Positions 62,661 through 64,000 of a stretch of DNA of 64,000 nt are shown here, in pieces. The stretch is from Glaucostegus cemiculus (taxonomy: Eukaryota). The notes beneath the pieces were generated by a model. That model was not told the DNA's origin. It did no database searches and saw only the letters and a program-made list of their open reading frames with translations. Within the stretch, counting starts at the first letter, position 1, and every line of letters begins with the position of its first letter. Where the stretch lies: contig CDPCPM010000033.1 of assembly GCA_976551045.1 (NCBI GenBank), positions 27,528,001 through 27,592,000 on the forward strand. Reading direction: 5' to 3'. Both the position numbers and the translations under genes were made by a program.

Positions 62661-64000
62661 CTGTATAAGAAATAAGATGGTTAAATTCAGAAGGCATGTC
62701 GATTGTGAGTATTGCTAAATACTGGAAAGCAAACAAAAATTACCAGAATTATTTATATGTCATTTTGTGCAAAACTTCTTTTGCTTCAAAGGGTTCAATT
62801 TCTATAACAATCTCCTTTAAATATTTATCTTCAATCTAGATATATAGTAGGAATGTGATTTTGCATAGAATTAGCTCACACAATTAAGGAAGTTTTATTT
62901 TGCCATAACCAATTTTAATAACACAGGAAATTTGTTTTAATATACCATTTATTCAAATTTATTGATTCAAAAGGTGTCTCTTCTAAGTAATTATTTGTGA
63001 ATTAAAATATTCAATACATGATCAATATTTTCATGTCCTACTCAAAGTGAATAAAAAAGGAGCTGCAGATTGAGGTTTGTTAGTAGTGGTCGGCATCCTG
63101 CAAATCTAGAATCACATTCCAGGGCATTCATGATAGTAAATGTTATTATTACATAAAAATGTACTGCATGCTACAAATCTTCAAAAGACTTAAAAGTAAT
63201 TTCTAATATAAGCTTTATTCCATCACTGAAATACATATTTTTCAATCAAATATATTAGATTTGATTGTTAAGTCACATCAAGAGATATTGCATTCCTACT
63301 TTTGCCTTGGCAATAGCAAAATCAATGCTATAATTTTCATTATCATCAAAACAACCAAATGCTAGCTATAAACCTCTGATTTATGCTGTTAACTTCTCTT
63401 ACCTAGGCAGCAATGAAATGTTAAAATTGGCTTCAGTATTTCTAAGCTATAGTAAAAAAAAAACAGCCAACAGTTCCAGGTTGCTCTCTAACAATTCACA
63501 CAGGGAGTATGTGGCTATTAGTTAAGTGCAGAATTACATCCACTGCGTTGACCTACAATCAAGTTATTTCCCAACACACAAACATCAGAATTCTTAGTTC
63601 AGTAATACAAAAGGAAGCCACTACCACCTGTAGAACCACAACTTAGTATAAGTTGCTGTCTAAAGGAGAGGTGGGATAATCAAAAGAAAATATATCTTGC
63701 ATACCAGCTGTATATTTACAGGATAACAGAACCAGGAGTTTGTGTACATATTAGTATACCCAGCAAATTAAATATAATTCCAGTTTTTAACATCAGAAAC
63801 CTATAGAAGGAATGAATAATTGCAGCATTAAATGTTTCTTCTCATGTGCAAGTCTTAATCTTTATACTCATCATGCTATATATCGTGTCAAATATGTGGC
63901 AAATAAAACAGGGAAACAATGCATGTTTTCACACAACTAGATTGCCATACTGAGATTATCATCAGAAACTTATTTATTAAAATATTCATGCTAATATCAT

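Larger units (their letters stand above)
1..64000 (-). other. ttn: titin gene, internal I-band segment (N2B to N2A); gene extends beyond both window ends
   Basis: 74 GT-AG exons splice into one open frame of I-set Ig domains plus titin-specific N2B and UN2A sequences, in the known order. Confidence 0.98.

Noticed and set aside
59710-62736. 1008-aa ORF as a standalone gene or as the novex-3 terminal exon
   Set aside because: It begins EFSSS after an acceptor, ends in I26 with a donor and is followed by I27, which identifies it as N2B.
62746-64000. Possible novex-3 3' end or polyadenylation site upstream of N2B
   Set aside because: There is no ORF, and AATAAA-like words are expected by chance in AT-rich sequence, so the call cannot be supported.

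Overview
Eukaryotic genomic DNA, most likely from a cartilaginous fish (shark or ray, inferred from the repeat families), covering part of the I-band region of the titin gene (ttn) on the minus strand. In transcript order (high to low coordinate) it contains: the 2916-nt N2B exon (I24, I25, N2B unique sequence, I26), the I27 exon, a double-Ig exon (I28-I29), 66 single-Ig exons, and the start of the N2A element (I80, UN2A, partial I81). All exons from N2B to I79 are GT-AG, phase 1-1 and a multiple of 3 in length. I labelled the tandem Ig exons A-L. The array reads (A-B-C-D-E-F)x9, G-H, (I-J-K)x3, L, which differs from the human arrangement as I recall it (3x6 + 3x10 domains). It shows a 12-exon duplication with a chimeric junction exon, a 3-exon triplication, and patches of apparent gene conversion. 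Introns carry decayed CR1, L2, Rex1-like and Penelope-like fragments and a V-SINE-like element. I found no new standalone biological system; the novelty is in titin repeat architecture and splicing signals. Comparisons with human titin are from memory, not from an alignment.
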